This document shows, piece after piece, positions 62,519 through 64,000 of a stretch of 64,000 nt of DNA. The translations under genes were made by a program, and so were the position numbers. Below the pieces are notes generated by a model that was not told the DNA's origin, did no database searches, and saw only the letters and a list, made by a program, of their open reading frames with translations. Every line of letters begins with the position of its first letter. The stretch's first letter is position 1. The DNA comes from Vitrella brassicaformis CCMP3155 (lineage: Eukaryota; Protista; Chromerida): assembly GCA_001179505.1 (NCBI GenBank), contig CDMY01000396.1, positions 24,416 to 88,415 of the forward strand, written 5' to 3'.

Positions 62519-63550
62519 CTATTTGCTGTGCTGTGCATCCGACGACTTCCTAGTTCTGTGAAAGTAGTTCTGACTATAATTGACCGGCGAACTACCTGTG
62601 GAAGCTGGATTTGTTACTTGTGGAAGCTGTCTTGCCAGTCCCTGTCTCGTCTCTGTAAATGCCGTCCTTCGTGTGGTTTCGGTAGATCTTTCCGTGGTAT
62701 GGGCTATTTCCGTGGTGTCTTTAGCGGGGAGTTCGCACAATGCAGGGAATTTGTGTGTGCACGCTTCATCACCCACGACGCCGTGGGGCAAGAGGGGCTC
62801 TAAGTTCTTATTGAGTTTCCCTCCCGGCCAAATCGAGCTGACATAGTAGGTGCACTTCTGACCCTCGCCATTGTGGTTGTCAGGCTGCTTCACGGGGTGG
62901 GGCCAATAACTCGTTCCTGGGGCACACATTAAAGGAACGATCTAAAGGAAGGAGCCATGGCAGGCTTGCTGACGTACCGAAAAACCATGGCGCAGCCCTT
63001 CCTTTTGGATTGCTCGCAAATGTCCAGCATCTGTGTTTGAGGCGCTGAGTGGCGGGATCGCATTTCTGTGAGCCATGACAACCAGTCGTGTAGTTCCGGC
63101 GGTGGTTTGCCTGTGCATACCTGTCTCATGACGATACCGATGAAAAGTATCATGTCGTCATGAGAAATTTTCTTCCTGACACCGACAACTCGCGTAGCAT
63201 TGAACATTGCCTCCAAATCAGCCTACGACAAAACGGTAAGCAAAATCTCGTAGGTTGTCGACTAGCCGTTTCCCTGCTCCTACGACGCTCGATGGTTCTG
63301 CAAGCTTGCCACCCCTCGCCCGGCACGTCTCCTGGTGGCCTAAGTAGTCATCATGCTCGGTCTGGATCTCATACCGGATATTGCGGCCTCTTGTGGTATT
63401 GTCGGACTGCGCGCGGCGGGCGGGGACGAAGCGAGAGATCGTGGGTGGTGACGGGTGCTTCTGAGCCCAAAAATTCCTCGCAGGATCTGTACCCTTAGTA
63501 ACGATAGTAACAAGTAGTAGAGTCAGTAAGCACAAACTTGGGAAGTCCAT
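62519..63550 (-). CDS. Secreted C-type lectin domain protein with a Thr-rich stalk
   Basis: Signal MDFPSLCLLTLLLVTIVTKG; ETCRARGGKLAEPSS|ADLEAM...LFIGIV|...YWPHPVKQPDNHNGEGQKC...GDEACTHKFPALCE. Three introns splice in frame. The 3' end may extend further. Confidence 0.8.
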
Positions 63551-64000
63551 CTTTGAAAGACCTCAAACGGTCACTCGTTGCCCTCCCGTGTATCCTAAAT
63601 CGAGGAGAAACGCATGGGGTTTCTCAATCTTTTGAGGGTTTTTTCACACACGAGCTTCTGTTTGTCTCAATCTTTCCCCTCCCCCCTCGTAATCACGAGC
63701 GAGAATGGTCTGCAAAAAAGACCTGCCACTTGGGACGTGCGCGACATCAAAATGAAAAGGCAGGCACAGGGCGGGGCAGGTAGGAAAAGGCGATTTCCGT
63801 CGAAATTCGTTCCCGAGTTTATATATAAGCCCCCATGATTGAGTTGGTGATTTCTCGGCTGTTTCTCCTCCTTTTCGGATGAGCGAGCGTGTATCGGACT
63901 ACGCCCAACCCCCTCCACCTACCCTCATCCCGCGAGACGGCGGCGGGCCCCCCTGTTGCGCATGCAACGAGAAAGGGACGTCTGCGCTGTCCACATGCAG

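Noticed and set aside
1-64000. Many long antisense and alternative-frame ORFs; tRNA, rRNA and transposase genes
   Set aside because: The shadow ORFs are expected at high GC opposite real exons. No tRNA, rRNA, reverse transcriptase or transposase motif was recognised by eye.

Overview
This is gene-dense eukaryotic nuclear DNA with many introns. The (GT)n/(GATG)n/(GTCT)n-packed introns, ApiAP2 and RAP/helical-repeat proteins, and bipartite plastid leaders point to a chromerid alga, most likely Vitrella brassicaformis (inferred from sequence style, not searched). It holds about 25 genes or pseudogenes and three 300-N gaps. Recognisable genes: POP4/Rpp29 (three copies), a plastid-targeted helical-repeat/RAP protein with an AP2-like tail, a BTB protein, a PhyH-type dioxygenase, two lineage-specific F-box-like paralogues (one with an HMG box, one with ubiquitin), an amino-acid transporter half-gene, an ApiAP2, a GH13 amylase-PAN fusion, an SLC17 transporter, D-cysteine desulfhydrase, a TMX-like thioredoxin, an MFS transporter, plastid Hsp90, a Cys-rich secreted peptide, QNG1, a CRTISO-like pseudogene, a PAN-repeat gene and a C-type lectin. 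The main structural signal is at 1.8-26 kb. A ~0.65-kb bidirectional promoter occurs three times with different flanking genes, an ~8.5-kb block sits between ~1.1-kb direct repeats, and one junction creates an in-frame spliced PhyH/transporter chimera. Exon boundaries were read by eye, so multi-exon gene ends are approximate.
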